Of a DNA stretch of 64,000 bases, positions 1 through 9,921 are shown in pieces. Made by a program: the position numbers and the translations under genes. Source of the stretch: Rhodobiaceae bacterium (GTDB taxonomy: Bacteria > Pseudomonadota > Alphaproteobacteria > Rhizobiales > NORP267); the NCBI GenBank assembly GCA_020441905.1, contig JAGRLG010000024.1:17308-81307 (forward strand), given 5' to 3'. Position 1 is the stretch's first letter; each line of letters begins with the position of its first letter. Under the pieces are notes generated by a model, which searched no databases, was not told where the DNA came from, and worked only from the letters and a program-made list of their open reading frames with translations.

Positions 1-1
1 T

Positions 2-1234
2 TTTTCCCATACCGCTGCAGATAGCGGCCTTCCGCTCGCCAACGACCTGAGCATCGACGACCATTTCGTGGCCCGGAAAATGGCCGATTTCATCACCACA
101 CGAAAGGAAGGCCCGCTGTTCCTGGTGTGGTATCCGAACGCCTTGCACACCCCTTACCAGGCAGAATCAGAAATCGGCATCCCGGCTGCGCTGACGAACC
201 GGCGCGCGCGAGCGCTGTACATCCTCGAATCCGCGTACGAGGTGCTGTTCGACGCTCTCAAGGCCGCCGGCCGCTACGACGACGCGCTGATCCTGGTCAC
301 CGGCGACCATGGCGAGGATCCAGACAGTCCGCTGGCGCGCGTCGATAATTACAGCGAGCCGGTATTGCGGCCTATCTTCATGGCCAAGGAATCGACGGCT
401 CTGTCGCTGCGCCAACGCCATGCCCTGGCCGCCAACCGGACTGCACTGGTCGCCAACGCCGATATTGCGCCCACCATCGCCGACCTGCTGAAAGCCAGGC
501 CGCCACGCTCGATCGCATATGGTGGCCACAGCCTGTTCGGCGCCATTCCACCCGACCGCCTGTCGATCGCTGTCAGCACCAACGAGTGGCGATCATGGCC
601 GACCTCGGCCCTGTCCCTGGCCCGCGGCCGGGAGCGATTCACCTGCAATTCCTACCAGTTTTGCGTCTATCGCGACCTGGCATCAAACAGCCTTGAAAAC
701 GAGCGCACCGCCAGGCCCGGGTCCCCCTGGTCGGCCTATTTCGGTGAAGCCGGAAAATATCCGATCGTCCGCCAGATCGTCAGCGAAATCTACCATGGCG
801 GGTACCACAATGGCTGGGCGCTGGGCCGCAACGGCACCACCGCGATCGACAAGGCCTATCTGTCGTCAGATCTGCCAGATTTCCGCACCTATCGCGCCGG
901 CCATTTCGCCGTTGCCGAACAGGGCCATGACCCCAGCTTCGTTTTCACCGGGCCGCACTGGCGCCTTGCCCCCGGCGCCTACGAGGTAGCGATGGACGTA
1001 TCGGTAAAATCCTCTCCGCAGAGCGCCGGGCAGGCCTGCGCTTTCGAGGTTCATGACGGACACCAGGTCATCGGCGAGCACCCGATCAGCGCCCGCAGTG
1101 ACGTGAGCCGCCAAAGGGTCGTCATCGCCTTTGACGTCGGCGATCGGCGCCCGGGACCATATGACTTCCGCCTGCGCTGTTCCGGGCGTGCCACCACCAT
1201 CGTCGATGCGCTGACGCTTTCGCGGACGCGCTAG
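2..1234 (+). CDS. Sulfatase-like (alkaline phosphatase superfamily) hydrolase/transferase, 5' end outside window
   Basis: The frame is open from nt 2, with no stop before the listed Met at 68, so the gene starts upstream of the window. LILVTGDHGE motif is typical of sulfatase/phosphoethanolamine-transferase catalytic domains. About 130 aa of C-terminal extension carries no motif I recognise. Confidence 0.6.
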   Translation, partial: FSHTAADSGLPLANDLSIDDHFVARKMADFITTRKEGPLFLVWYPNALHTPYQAESEIGIPAALTNRRARALYILESAYEVLFDALKAAGRYDDALILVTGDHGEDPDSPLARVDNYSEPVLRPIFMAKESTALSLRQRHALAANRTALVANADIAPTIADLLKARPPRSIAYGGHSLFGAIPPDRLSIAVSTNEWRSWPTSALSLARGRERFTCNSYQFCVYRDLASNSLENERTARPGSPWSAYFGEAGKYPIVRQIVSEIYHGGYHNGWALGRNGTTAIDKAYLSSDLPDFRTYRAGHFAVAEQGHDPSFVFTGPHWRLAPGAYEVAMDVSVKSSPQSAGQACAFEVHDGHQVIGEHPISARSDVSRQRVVIAFDVGDRRPGPYDFRLRCSGRATTIVDALTLSRTR

Positions 1235-1306
1235 GCGCCGGGATCGCTCCGGGCAGCCAGCCGGCTCTCGCGAACCGGCAGTGAACGTCTCAAATCTTGC
1301 GGGAAT

Positions 1307-1393
1307 TGGTGCCCAGGAGAAGACTCGAACTTCCACGACCATACGGTCACTAGCACCTGAAGCTAGCGCGTCTACCAATTCCGCCACCTGGGC
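1307..1393 (-). tRNA. tRNA-Leu (anticodon CAG)
   Basis: Reverse complement GCCCAGGTGGCGGAATTGGTAGACGCGCTAGCTTCAGGTGCTAGTGACCGTATGGTCGTGGAAGTTCGAGTCTTCTCCTGGGCACCA folds as a class II cloverleaf. It has a 7-bp acceptor stem, anticodon stem CTAGC/GCTAG with loop TTCAGGT, a long variable arm (GACC/GGTC), T-loop TTCGAGT and an encoded CCA. Confidence 0.9.
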
Positions 1394-1734
1394 AACGGTG
1401 GCTTCCTTAAGTCAGGACCCCGGCGCTTGTCAATCGGCGCTTCCGTCCCAAAGCGCTTCGTCGGCCAAAAGCCGGTGTTTTGCCGGCCGGCATTGGCCTG
1501 CCGGCGCCCGCACCCCGGTAACCGCGCCGCCGGCGTCGCATCGGTGGCGCCTCTCCCCGGCCGGGCGGCCCATGAGGGCGCATGAGGGCGCATGAGCCTG
1601 TACACCCGCCATGGTTCGGTATATTTCAGGCCGAACGCGTATTTGGCGCGGGGAGCGGCGCCGCCAAAGAAATGATCCGCGGATCGGCGCCGGGCCGAAA
1701 TGGGCATGAACAGGCAATAGACGGGCGAGGCGAG

Positions 1735-2709
1735 ATGAAAAGTGTTCCCAACAAGGATCGGCTGGTAACGGTATTTGGCGGCTCCGGTTTTGTCGGCAGG
1801 CATGTCGTGCGCGCATTGGCCCGCCAGGGCTACCGCGTCCGCATCGCCGTGCGCCGCCCGGACCTTGCCGGTCATTTGCAGCCCATGGGCGCGGTTGGCC
1901 AGATCCATGCCGTTCAGGCCAATATTCGCGACCGCGCCTCCATCGAGCGCGCCATTGCCGGATCATTCGCGGTGATCAACCTTGTCGGAATTCTGTTCGA
2001 AACCGGCAGGCAGAAATTCGATGCCGTCCAGGCCGCCGGCGCCGGCGTCGTCGCCGAGGCCGCCGCTGCCGCGGGCGTTGCCCATTTCGTCCACCAGTCG
2101 GCGATCGGCGCCGATGCGCAATCGTCTTCCGCCTATGGCCGCAGCAAGGCAGAGGGCGAGGCCAATGTGCTGAAAGCCTTTCGCGGCGCGGTCATCCTGC
2201 GCCCCTCCATCATCTTCGGGCCCGAGGACACCTTCTTCAACCGCTTCGCCGCTATGGCGCGGCTGTCTCCGGTCATCCCCCTGGTCGGTGCCGACACCCT
2301 GTTCCAGCCGGTCTTCGTCGGCGACGTCGCCGCCGCCGCCCTTGCCGCCATCGAGGGCAAGGCCAAGCCGGGCAAGACCTATGAGCTGGGCGGACCGGAA
2401 ACCGCCAGTTTCCGCGACCTCATTGCCCGCATGCTCCGGATCATCGAGCGCAAGCGCCTGATCGTCACCCTGCCTTTCGCCCTGGCGCGCTTTCAGGCCG
2501 CCTTCCTCCAGCTAATGCCCAAGCCGCTGCTGACCACCGACCAGGTCCGCCTCCTCGAACACGACAATGTGGTTTCGGCCAAGGCGGTGTCGAGCGGGCG
2601 CACCCTGCGCGATCTCGGCGTCGAGCCGCGTGCCATGGAGGCCATATTGCCGGGATATCTCTACCGCTTCCGCCGCGCCGGCGAATTCCGCGCCGGAGCT
2701 GCTGCCTGA
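1735..2709 (+). CDS. NAD(P)-binding epimerase/NmrA-type protein, complex I NDUFA9-subunit-like family
   Basis: Start moved to ATG 1735 (GGCGAGG just upstream). N-terminus MKSVPNKDRLVTVFGGSGFVGRHVV is a Rossmann GxxGxxG. The upstream part of the listed ORF runs through a non-coding tandem repeat. Confidence 0.75.
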   Translation: MKSVPNKDRLVTVFGGSGFVGRHVVRALARQGYRVRIAVRRPDLAGHLQPMGAVGQIHAVQANIRDRASIERAIAGSFAVINLVGILFETGRQKFDAVQAAGAGVVAEAAAAAGVAHFVHQSAIGADAQSSSAYGRSKAEGEANVLKAFRGAVILRPSIIFGPEDTFFNRFAAMARLSPVIPLVGADTLFQPVFVGDVAAAALAAIEGKAKPGKTYELGGPETASFRDLIARMLRIIERKRLIVTLPFALARFQAAFLQLMPKPLLTTDQVRLLEHDNVVSAKAVSSGRTLRDLGVEPRAMEAILPGYLYRFRRAGEFRAGAAA

Positions 2710-2757
2710 GCTGCGGACTGAACCGCGGACCGGGCTGCGGACTGGGCTGCGGACTGG
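2710..2757. repeat. Four tandem ~12-nt units (GGCTGCGGACTG-like) in a convergent intergenic spacer
   Basis: Read directly: gctgcggactga/accgcggaccgg/gctgcggactgg/gctgcggactgg. The units are flanked by inverted CTGAACCG (2718-2725) and CGGTTCAG (2763-2770), the latter overlapping the uppP stop codon. Confidence 0.7.
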
Positions 2758-2766
2758 AGCGCCGGT

Positions 2767-3567
2767 TCAGCTGAAGGCCAGTACCGCCAGCAGCACCGCG
2801 CTCAAGACAATGCGGTAGACGACGAAGGGGGCAAAACTCGCCTTGCGCAGCCAGGCCATCATCGCCCAGATCGCGATATAGGCGGTAGCGAAAGAGGCCA
2901 GCGCCGCGATCACGGCATGATTTTGCAGGGCCAGGTCGCCGGAGCGGTAGATCTCGTAGCCTGAACCGGCGCTGGCGCCGAGGATGGTCGGAATCGCCAG
3001 CAGCATGGAAAAGCGGGCCGCATCGAAGCGGTTGATGCCCATGAAACGCGCCGTGGTGATGGTGATGCCGGAGCGGCTGACGCCGGGAATGAGCGCCAGC
3101 ACCTGCGAAAAGCCGATCATCAGCGCCCGGCCAAGCCCGATTCGCGCCATGTCCTCGCGCTGCGGCGCCCGGTCGGCGAAATAGAGCACGATGGCGAAAA
3201 CCAGATTGGCGACGGCAACGATGGCGATGGTGCGCAGGGAATTGATGGCGCCGCTATAGAGCAGGATGGCGCCGGCGATGAAGACCGGGACCGACGCCAG
3301 CGCCAGCCAGGCGGCAAGGCGCGCTTCCTCGCCCCAGCGCAGGCGCAGCAGGTCCAGCGCGCCGCGAATCAGTGTGAAGGTTTCGCGCCAGAAATAGACC
3401 AGCACCGCTATCAGGCTGCCGAAATGAACGGAAACGTCGATTAGCGGCCCTTCATCCGGCCACACGCTGAGCAGGTGCACCAGGTTGAGATGGCCGGACG
3501 AACTGATGGGCAGGAATTCCGTCAGCCCCTGGACGATGGCAAGAACGATGATCTGGGTTGTCGACAC
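2767..3567 (-). CDS. uppP: Undecaprenyl-diphosphate phosphatase
   Basis: N-terminus MSTTQIIVLAIVQGLTEFLPISSSGHL and a multi-TM body are diagnostic of the BacA/UppP family. Confidence 0.9.
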   Translation of the reverse strand: MSTTQIIVLAIVQGLTEFLPISSSGHLNLVHLLSVWPDEGPLIDVSVHFGSLIAVLVYFWRETFTLIRGALDLLRLRWGEEARLAAWLALASVPVFIAGAILLYSGAINSLRTIAIVAVANLVFAIVLYFADRAPQREDMARIGLGRALMIGFSQVLALIPGVSRSGITITTARFMGINRFDAARFSMLLAIPTILGASAGSGYEIYRSGDLALQNHAVIAALASFATAYIAIWAMMAWLRKASFAPFVVYRIVLSAVLLAVLAFS

Positions 3568-3737
3568 GTTTGGCCCGCCTTGTTCCAGGCCCGGAATTGA
3601 GACCGCGGCCGCATCATGCCCTTGTTCCGCAAGGTTCCCGGTTCTATACGGGAGACGGGCCGCCCGTCACCAGAATTTTTGCGTCCGCGCCGGCCCCGGC
3701 TGCGCCGCCTGTGTTCAATGAATGGCAGCGATCAGGA

Positions 3738-4430
3738 ATGTCCAACGCGTCGATTACTCTCTATCACTATCCGCTGTGCCCGTTTTCGCGCATGGTCCGC
3801 CTGCTGACCGCCGAGGCGGGGGTCAAAGTGCGCCTTGTCGAGGAGCGGGCCTGGAACCGGCGTCCCGAATTCCTCCAGCTCAACCCGGCCGGCGAAGTTC
3901 CGGTCATGGTGCTCGAAGACGGCACTGCCTTGTCCGGCAGCGGCCCGATCAGCGAATTCCTCGCCGAGACCGGCGCCGCCAGCGCGCTGATGCCGGACAC
4001 GCCGGTGGAACGGGCGGAAATGCGGCGCATCGTCGCCTGGTTCGAACGCAAATTCGACCGCGAGGTCACGCGCAACCTGGTCACTGAAAAGATCGATCGC
4101 CGTTTCATGCCCAAGGAACTGGGCGGCGGCGCTCCCGATGCCGCCGCAGTGCGCGCCGGTCTGGCCAATATCCGTGCGCATCTGAAATATGTCGGCTATC
4201 TCGCCCATCGCCGCAACTGGCTGTCCGGCGAACGCCTGTCGCTGGCCGATCTCGCCGCCGCCGCCCAATTGTCCTGCATCGACTATCTCGGCCATGTGCC
4301 GTGGGGCGAAAGCGCCCCGGCCCACGCATGGTATGCGCGTATCAAGTCGCGCCCCTCCTTCCGGCCCCTGCTCGCCGACCAGGTGGCCGGCATGCCGCCG
4401 CCGCCGGCCTATGCCGATCTCGACTTCTGA
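3738..4430 (+). CDS. Glutathione S-transferase family protein
   Basis: Start at ATG 3738 ([20 protein letters not shown]). It has a thioredoxin-like N-domain with CPFS and a helical GST C-domain. The upstream part of the listed ORF overlaps uppP. Confidence 0.8.
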   Translation: MSNASITLYHYPLCPFSRMVRLLTAEAGVKVRLVEERAWNRRPEFLQLNPAGEVPVMVLEDGTALSGSGPISEFLAETGAASALMPDTPVERAEMRRIVAWFERKFDREVTRNLVTEKIDRRFMPKELGGGAPDAAAVRAGLANIRAHLKYVGYLAHRRNWLSGERLSLADLAAAAQLSCIDYLGHVPWGESAPAHAWYARIKSRPSFRPLLADQVAGMPPPPAYADLDF

Positions 4431-5590
4431 TGGCCCCGGCCTCCGCCAGCACGCCCGGCATTTCCCCTGCCCGCCTCGCTGAACGGATCCGCGCCGACGC
4501 CTTGGCGCACGGCTTTGACGCCGTCGGCATTGCGCCGGCCGAGGCGGCGCCCGAAACGGCGACCCGCCTGCGCCAATACCTTGATGCCGGACGCCACGGC
4601 ACCATGGACTGGATGGCCGAAACCGCGGCGCGGCGCGGCGCGCCGCGCGCGCTGTGGCCTCAGGCGCGCTCGGTCATCATGCTCGGCATGAATTACGGCC
4701 CCGGCGGCGACCCCCTCGCCATCACCAGGCGCCCCGCCCTCGGCGCCATTTCGGTCTATGCCCGCGCCCGCGACTATCACGAGTTGATCAAGGGCAGGCT
4801 GAAGCAGATCGCCGGCCGCTTCGTTGCCCGCTCGGGCGCCGGGGTGAAGGTCTTCGTCGACACCGCGCCGGTGATGGAAAAGCCGCTCGCCGCCCTGGCC
4901 GGCCTCGGCTGGCAGGGCAAGCACACCAATCTGGTGGCGCGCTCCCATGGCTCCTGGCTTTTCCTCGGCGCCATCTTCACCGACATCGAATTGCCCGCCG
5001 ATGCGCCCGAGACGGACCACTGCGGCTCCTGCCGCGCCTGCCTCGACATCTGCCCCACCGGTGCCTTTCCCGCGCCCTACCAGCTCGATGCGCGCCGCTG
5101 CATCTCCTACCTGACCATCGAGCACAAAGGCCATGTCGACCGCCAATTGCGGCCCTTGATGGGAAACCGCGTTTTCGGCTGCGACGACTGCCTGGCCGTC
5201 TGCCCGTGGAACCGCTTTGCCAGGGTGGCGGGTGAAGCCCGCTTTCACGCCCGCGAGGAATTGCGCGCACCGGCCCTTGCCGACCTTGCCAGCCTTGACG
5301 ATGCCGCCTTCCGCGCCCTGTTTACCGCCTCTCCGGTCAAGCGTATCGGGCGCGACCGGTTCATCCGCAACGTCCTGATCGCCATCGGCAACAGTGGCGA
5401 TCAGGCGCTGCTGGCAAGCGCCGGGGCGCTGCTCGACGATCCCTCGCCGCTGGTGCGGGCCATGGCGGTGTGGGCAACGGCGCGGCTGGCGCCGCCGGAG
5501 CGGTTCGAATCCCTCAAGGCGCGACGCCTCGAAAGCGAAACGGACGAGGATGTGCGCCGCGAGTGGCGGCGGGAGGAGGCCAGCGCATGA
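4430..5590 (+). CDS. queG: tRNA epoxyqueuosine(34) reductase
   Basis: Carries [16 protein letters not shown] and [13 protein letters not shown] ferredoxin-type Cys clusters, [11 protein letters not shown] and C-terminal HEAT-like repeats. ATG 4430 overlaps the GST stop (TGATG). Confidence 0.9.
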   Translation: MAPASASTPGISPARLAERIRADALAHGFDAVGIAPAEAAPETATRLRQYLDAGRHGTMDWMAETAARRGAPRALWPQARSVIMLGMNYGPGGDPLAITRRPALGAISVYARARDYHELIKGRLKQIAGRFVARSGAGVKVFVDTAPVMEKPLAALAGLGWQGKHTNLVARSHGSWLFLGAIFTDIELPADAPETDHCGSCRACLDICPTGAFPAPYQLDARRCISYLTIEHKGHVDRQLRPLMGNRVFGCDDCLAVCPWNRFARVAGEARFHAREELRAPALADLASLDDAAFRALFTASPVKRIGRDRFIRNVLIAIGNSGDQALLASAGALLDDPSPLVRAMAVWATARLAPPERFESLKARRLESETDEDVRREWRREEASA

Positions 5591-6462
5591 GCGACCTGTT
5601 CTGTTTCGGCCTTGGCTTTTCCGCCCTTGCGCTTGCCCGCCGCCTCAAGGCGCAAGGCTGGACCATTGCCGGCACGGTGCGCGGCGAAGGCGCCATCGCG
5701 GCTGCCGCGGCGCAGGGCATCGAGGCGCTGGCCTTTGACGGCGCCGCGCCGTCCGCCGCCGTGGCGCGCCGTCTCGCCCAGGCAACCCACCTGCTGATCT
5801 CGGTGCCGCCTGGCGCCGGCGGCGATCCGGTGCTGGCCTGCCACCGCGCCGATATCATCGCCGCGCCGGATCTGGAATGGATCGGCTATCTGTCCACCAT
5901 CGGCGTCTATGGCGACCATGACGGCGCCTGGATCGACGAGGAGACGCCGCCGCGCCCGCAAAATGAACGCAGCCAATGGCGCCTAGAAGCGGAAACCGCG
6001 TGGCGGGATCTGGCGCGCGAACGCGGCGCGCCGCTGGCGATCTTCCGCCTTGCCGGCATCTACGGCCCCGGGCGCAACCAGCTTCGCTCGCTCACCCAGG
6101 GCAAGGCACGGACTATTCTCAAGCCGGGCCAGGTCTTCAACCGCATCCATGTCGAGGATATCGCCGCCACTGTTCTGGCCTCGATCGCGCGCCCGCCCGA
6201 AGGCGCCCGCGCCTACAATGTCTGCGACGACGAGCCGGCGCCGCCCCAGGAGGTGACCGCCTTTGCCGCCGCCCTGCTCGGCCTCGCGCCCCCGCCCCTG
6301 GTCGCCATCGACGACCCGCAATTGTCGGCCATAGCGCGCAGCTTCTATACCGAGAACAAGCGCTGCCGGAATGCGCGCATCAAGGACGAACTTGGTGTTA
6401 TTTTGCGCTTTCCGACCTACCGCGAGGGGTTGAAACGATTGTTCGCGGACCGGGAGGCTTGA
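5587..6462 (+). CDS. SDR-family NAD(P)-dependent epimerase/oxidoreductase
   Basis: Start ATG 5587 overlaps the queG stop (ATGA). [20 protein letters not shown] is a Rossmann-like N-terminus. STIGVYGD and [10 protein letters not shown] segments are typical of extended SDRs. Confidence 0.65.
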   Translation: MSDLFCFGLGFSALALARRLKAQGWTIAGTVRGEGAIAAAAAQGIEALAFDGAAPSAAVARRLAQATHLLISVPPGAGGDPVLACHRADIIAAPDLEWIGYLSTIGVYGDHDGAWIDEETPPRPQNERSQWRLEAETAWRDLARERGAPLAIFRLAGIYGPGRNQLRSLTQGKARTILKPGQVFNRIHVEDIAATVLASIARPPEGARAYNVCDDEPAPPQEVTAFAAALLGLAPPPLVAIDDPQLSAIARSFYTENKRCRNARIKDELGVILRFPTYREGLKRLFADREA

Positions 6463-7270
6463 TGCCGCTGGCGGATTCGATCTCGCCGCCGAATTCGTCG
6501 ATCAGCCGCGTCAGCCGCGCGATGTCCTGGGGACGCGACAGCCGGTGGTCGCCATCCTTGACCAGGGTCGTGACCACATTGCCGCCGACAAGCGCCTCGG
6601 CGGTGCGGATCGCATGGCGCCACGGCACGTCCTTGTCGGCCATGCCCTGGAGAATGCGCACCGGCACCTTGATGTCGATCTTGCCGCCGAGCAGAAGGTG
6701 CTGGCGCCCCTCCTCGATCAGTCCCCTGGTGAAGGCGTAGGGTTCCTCGTCATATTGCGAGGGGCGGGCAAGCACCCCCTCGGCGAGCAGCTTTTCCCGT
6801 TCCTCGGCGGACAGGGCGTTCCAGAACAGCTCCTCGGTGAAATCGGTTGCCGGCGCAACCAGTACCAATCCGGCGATACGCCGTATCCCGACCTTGTTCG
6901 CTTCGGCCTGCGCCAGCAGCAGCGCGATCCACGCCCCCATGCTCGAGCCGACCAGGATCTGCGGTCCCATGCCATAGCGCTCCAGCACCTCCCGCGCCTC
7001 GTCGCGCCAGCGCCCGATGGTCCCCGAGGCGAAGTCGCCGGACGATTCGCCATGGCCGGAATAATCGAAGCGCACAAAGCTGCGCTGGCGCCTGTCCGCC
7101 CATTGGGCCAGCGCATTGGCCTTGGTGCCCGCCATGTCCGACTTGAAGCCGCCGAGCCAGACCACGCCGCAGCGATCGCCCGCCCGGCCATTGGCGCGCA
7201 CCGCGATGCGCATGGCGGCTTCATCGCCCTCATGCTGGACAAACAGCGATTGCGGTTCGGTTTCGGCCAT
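6398..7270 (-). CDS. Alpha/beta hydrolase
   Basis: Start ATG at 7270 (MAETEPQSLF). GSSMGA nucleophile elbow and YSGHGESSG motif. The rest of the listed 492-aa ORF upstream is shadow sequence. Confidence 0.75.
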   Translation of the reverse strand: MAETEPQSLFVQHEGDEAAMRIAVRANGRAGDRCGVVWLGGFKSDMAGTKANALAQWADRRQRSFVRFDYSGHGESSGDFASGTIGRWRDEAREVLERYGMGPQILVGSSMGAWIALLLAQAEANKVGIRRIAGLVLVAPATDFTEELFWNALSAEEREKLLAEGVLARPSQYDEEPYAFTRGLIEEGRQHLLLGGKIDIKVPVRILQGMADKDVPWRHAIRTAEALVGGNVVTTLVKDGDHRLSRPQDIARLTRLIDEFGGEIESASGIKPPGPRTIVSTPRGRSESAK

Positions 7271-7393
7271 TCTATCTCTTGTCCTGTTCTGTTCCGGGCA
7301 TGCCCCTTGGGCTGGCGGAGCGAAGCCGAAAGGGGAGTTCAGGCCATCAATCGCACGAAAGGGCACGGGAAAAAAGCCGCGGGCGGCGAAGGC

Positions 7394-8611
7394 GTGGCCA
7401 TTCTCCAGATCATCCCCAACATGGAATCGGGCGGCGCCGAAAAGTCGGTGATCGAGATCGCGTCCGCGCTGACCCGCATCGGCGCCCGCGCCCTGCTGGC
7501 CAGCGGACCGGGGCGCCTGATCGGCGAGTTTCAGGCCCTTGGCGGCGAGTGGGTCCCCTTTGCCGCCGCCACCAAGAATCCGTTGCGCCTCATCTTCAAT
7601 GCCCTCAGGCTGGCGCGGCTGATCCGGCGCGAAAAGATTTCGCTGATCCATGCCCGCTCCAGAGCCCCGGCCTGGAGCGCGCTTGCCGCAGCCCGCATCA
7701 CCGGCATCCCCTTCGTCACCACCAATCACGGCGCCCATTCCTATTCCGGCCGCCTCAAGCGGCTCTACAACTCGGTCATGGCGCGCGGCGATCTGGTCAT
7801 CGCCAATTCGCACTACACCGCCAGCCAGCTGCGCCGCCACCACCCCATCGCGCAGGATCGCCTGGTGGTCGTCCATCGCGGCGTCGACATCGCCGCCTTC
7901 GACCCGCAGGCCATTTCGCGCCAGCGTCTCTTTGCCCTGCGCGAACGCTGGGGCCTCGAATCAAGCCCGGCGCGGGTCATTCTGCTGCCCGCCCGCCTGT
8001 CGCCGCGCAAGGGCCACGACATCGCCATCGCCGCCATGGCGTTGCTGCCCGCCGGTCTGCGCGAGGGCCTGGTGATGCTGTTTCTCGGCGAGGACCAGGG
8101 CCGCAACGAGCACTCGCGGCGCATCCGCGAGCTGATCGCCGCCGCCGGGCTGGAAGGGCGCATCCGCATGGCCGGCCATTGCGCCGACATGCCGGCGGCC
8201 TACGCCCTGGCCGACCTCGTTCTCATTCCATCCACCGAACCGGAAGCCTTCGGCCGCGCCGCCGCCGAAGCCCAGGCCATCGGCGTTCCGGTGATCGCTT
8301 CCGACCTTGGCGCGGTGGCCGAAACCGTGCTGGCGCCGCCCGGCGTGGCGGCGGGCGAGGCCACCGGCTGGCGCGTGCCGGCGGGCGACCCGGCCGCCCT
8401 TGCCGCCGCCATGAACGAGGCCCTGTCGCTCGATCCGGCGGCCCGCGCCGCCCTGATTGCCCGCGGCCAGGCCCATGCGCGGGCTCATTTTTCGCTTGCC
8501 CGCATGACCTTCGCCACCCTGGCGGTCTATGACCGCCTTCTCGGCACCGGGCTTGCCGGCCGCCTTGGCGCCCTCGGCAAGGCTGGCGGCGGGGGCGAAG
8601 GCGATGTATAG
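7394..8611 (+). CDS. Glycosyltransferase, GT-B fold, group 1 (GT4-like)
   Basis: Probable GTG start at 7394 (VAILQIIPNMESGGAEKSV, the typical GT4 N-terminus). EPEAFGRAAAEAQAIGVPVIASDLG is an E-x7-E region. The listed ORF upstream of 7394 is antisense to the hydrolase gene. Confidence 0.8.
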   Translation: MAILQIIPNMESGGAEKSVIEIASALTRIGARALLASGPGRLIGEFQALGGEWVPFAAATKNPLRLIFNALRLARLIRREKISLIHARSRAPAWSALAAARITGIPFVTTNHGAHSYSGRLKRLYNSVMARGDLVIANSHYTASQLRRHHPIAQDRLVVVHRGVDIAAFDPQAISRQRLFALRERWGLESSPARVILLPARLSPRKGHDIAIAAMALLPAGLREGLVMLFLGEDQGRNEHSRRIRELIAAAGLEGRIRMAGHCADMPAAYALADLVLIPSTEPEAFGRAAAEAQAIGVPVIASDLGAVAETVLAPPGVAAGEATGWRVPAGDPAALAAAMNEALSLDPAARAALIARGQAHARAHFSLARMTFATLAVYDRLLGTGLAGRLGALGKAGGGGEGDV

Positions 8612-8777
8612 CCATGTCGGACAGAAGGGGCGGACAGAAGGTCATATTGACTTGGCCGCTGTTCTTACTGATTTTATGTGACCTGAGTGGGCAGCGGCGA
8701 TCGATGCCCGCAATGTGCAACAGGCGCCCGTGATGCGGCAGGACGCGCAAACGCGCCGAACTTGAGGAGACGACACA

Positions 8778-9317
8778 ATAGCCCGACGTCCCATGAGACC
8801 CACAGCACCGACGCGCGAGGGTCCGCGCACGAATGAACTGATCACGGCCGATACGGTCCAGCTCATCGATCAGGATGGCGACAACAAGGGGCCGGTACCC
8901 TTGGATACGGCGCTCGAAGCGGCCGCCGAAGCGGGGCTCGACCTTGTCGAGATTTCGCCCCAGGCCAGCCCGCCCGTCTGCAAGATCCTCGACTATGGCA
9001 AATACAAGTTCCAGGCCCAGAAAAAGGCGGCCGAGGCGCGCAAGAAGCAGAAGACCATCGATATCAAGGAAATCAAGATGCGCCCCAATATCGACACGCA
9101 CGACTATGACGTGAAGATGCGGGCGATGATGCGGTTCTTCGAGGAAGGCGACAAGGTCAAGGTGACGCTGCGCTTCCGCGGCCGCGAAATGGCGCATCAG
9201 GAGCTTGGCATGGCGCTGCTGCGCCGGGTCCGCGATCAGGTGACCGACACCGCCAAGGTCGAATCGGAACCCAAGCTCGAAGGCCGCCAGATGATCATGG
9301 TGCTGGCGCCGCGCTGA
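8778..9317 (+). CDS. infC: Translation initiation factor IF-3
   Basis: GPRTNELI...VQLIDQDG...[28 protein letters not shown]...IKMRPNID is unmistakable IF-3. The likely non-AUG start is ATA at 8778, 7 nt after GGAGA, giving N-terminus (M)ARRPMRP. The first ATG is at 8793. Confidence 0.9.
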   Translation: MARRPMRPTAPTREGPRTNELITADTVQLIDQDGDNKGPVPLDTALEAAAEAGLDLVEISPQASPPVCKILDYGKYKFQAQKKAAEARKKQKTIDIKEIKMRPNIDTHDYDVKMRAMMRFFEEGDKVKVTLRFRGREMAHQELGMALLRRVRDQVTDTAKVESEPKLEGRQMIMVLAPR

Positions 9318-9396
9318 TCCGGTTCCTCCCGGCCGGCGTCAACGCGGGCCGGGAGCGCCGAACTTGGGGGTACCGGAGGGCGCACCGGCCCCGTTT

Positions 9397-9921
9397 TCAC
9401 AAGCCATAGGCATTTCCGGGAACGAGCGTCATCTGGCCGTTGGCGCCGGCGCCCGACACTCGCTCCATGGTCAGGGCGTTGCCCTGGCGATAGACCTTGA
9501 AGCAACCCCATTCGCTGCCCGCCCAGCCATTGTCCCATTTGCGGCAATAGGTGCCGTCGGCATTGATCTTCCACGATCCGGCCCCGGTCTGGGTGTCGCT
9601 GCCGCTCCACGCCTTGCCTTTCAGCGCGCCGCCAGCCTCGTGCAGGGCGGCGAATTTCTGTCCGCTGCCATCGGCATAAACGCTGTTGCCCGACAATGCG
9701 CCGGCCAGTTCGTCGGACCCCAGCGCCTTGCGCTCCGGCCCCGAGGCGATCTTCGGCTTGGCCTTGACCCCCGTTGCCGCCTGGGCCAGCGGCGCCTCGC
9801 GCGACGGGCTGGGCTTGGTACTGGCCTGGGGACCAGGGCTATTGCCGCCGGAACTTGAGCCGCAGGCGCCAAGCGATAGCGCCAATGCGGCGGCGATCAA
9901 GATCGATGCATTGAGTTTCAT
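9397..9921 (-). CDS. Lipoprotein of unknown function
   Basis: Signal peptide with lipobox MKLNASILIAAALALSLGAC, then an S/G/P-rich linker. The C-terminal domain is W/G/C-rich (WKINADGTYCRKWDNGWAGSEWGCF). No family assigned with confidence. Confidence 0.6.
   Translation of the reverse strand: MKLNASILIAAALALSLGACGSSSGGNSPGPQASTKPSPSREAPLAQAATGVKAKPKIASGPERKALGSDELAGALSGNSVYADGSGQKFAALHEAGGALKGKAWSGSDTQTGAGSWKINADGTYCRKWDNGWAGSEWGCFKVYRQGNALTMERVSGAGANGQMTLVPGNAYGL

Noticed and set aside
1307-1393. tRNA-Leu (and tRNA-Ala at 34558-34633) as integration sites of genomic islands
   Set aside because: No integrase, direct repeat of the tRNA 3' end or compositional break is visible next to either tRNA.
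1571-1597. Tandem CATGAGGGCG repeats (2.6 copies), considered together with the 16-nt tandem CAATCACCGGCAGGT at 32729-32759 as a possible CRISPR or other array
   Set aside because: There are only 2-3 directly abutting copies with no spacers and no cas genes. These are simple short tandem duplications in intergenic DNA.
6545-7393. N-terminal 283 codons of the listed 688-aa ORF that ends as the glycosyltransferase
   Set aside because: This part is antisense to the alpha/beta hydrolase gene and has no GT sequence. The GT4-type N-terminus (VAILQIIPNMESGGAEK) begins at 7394.
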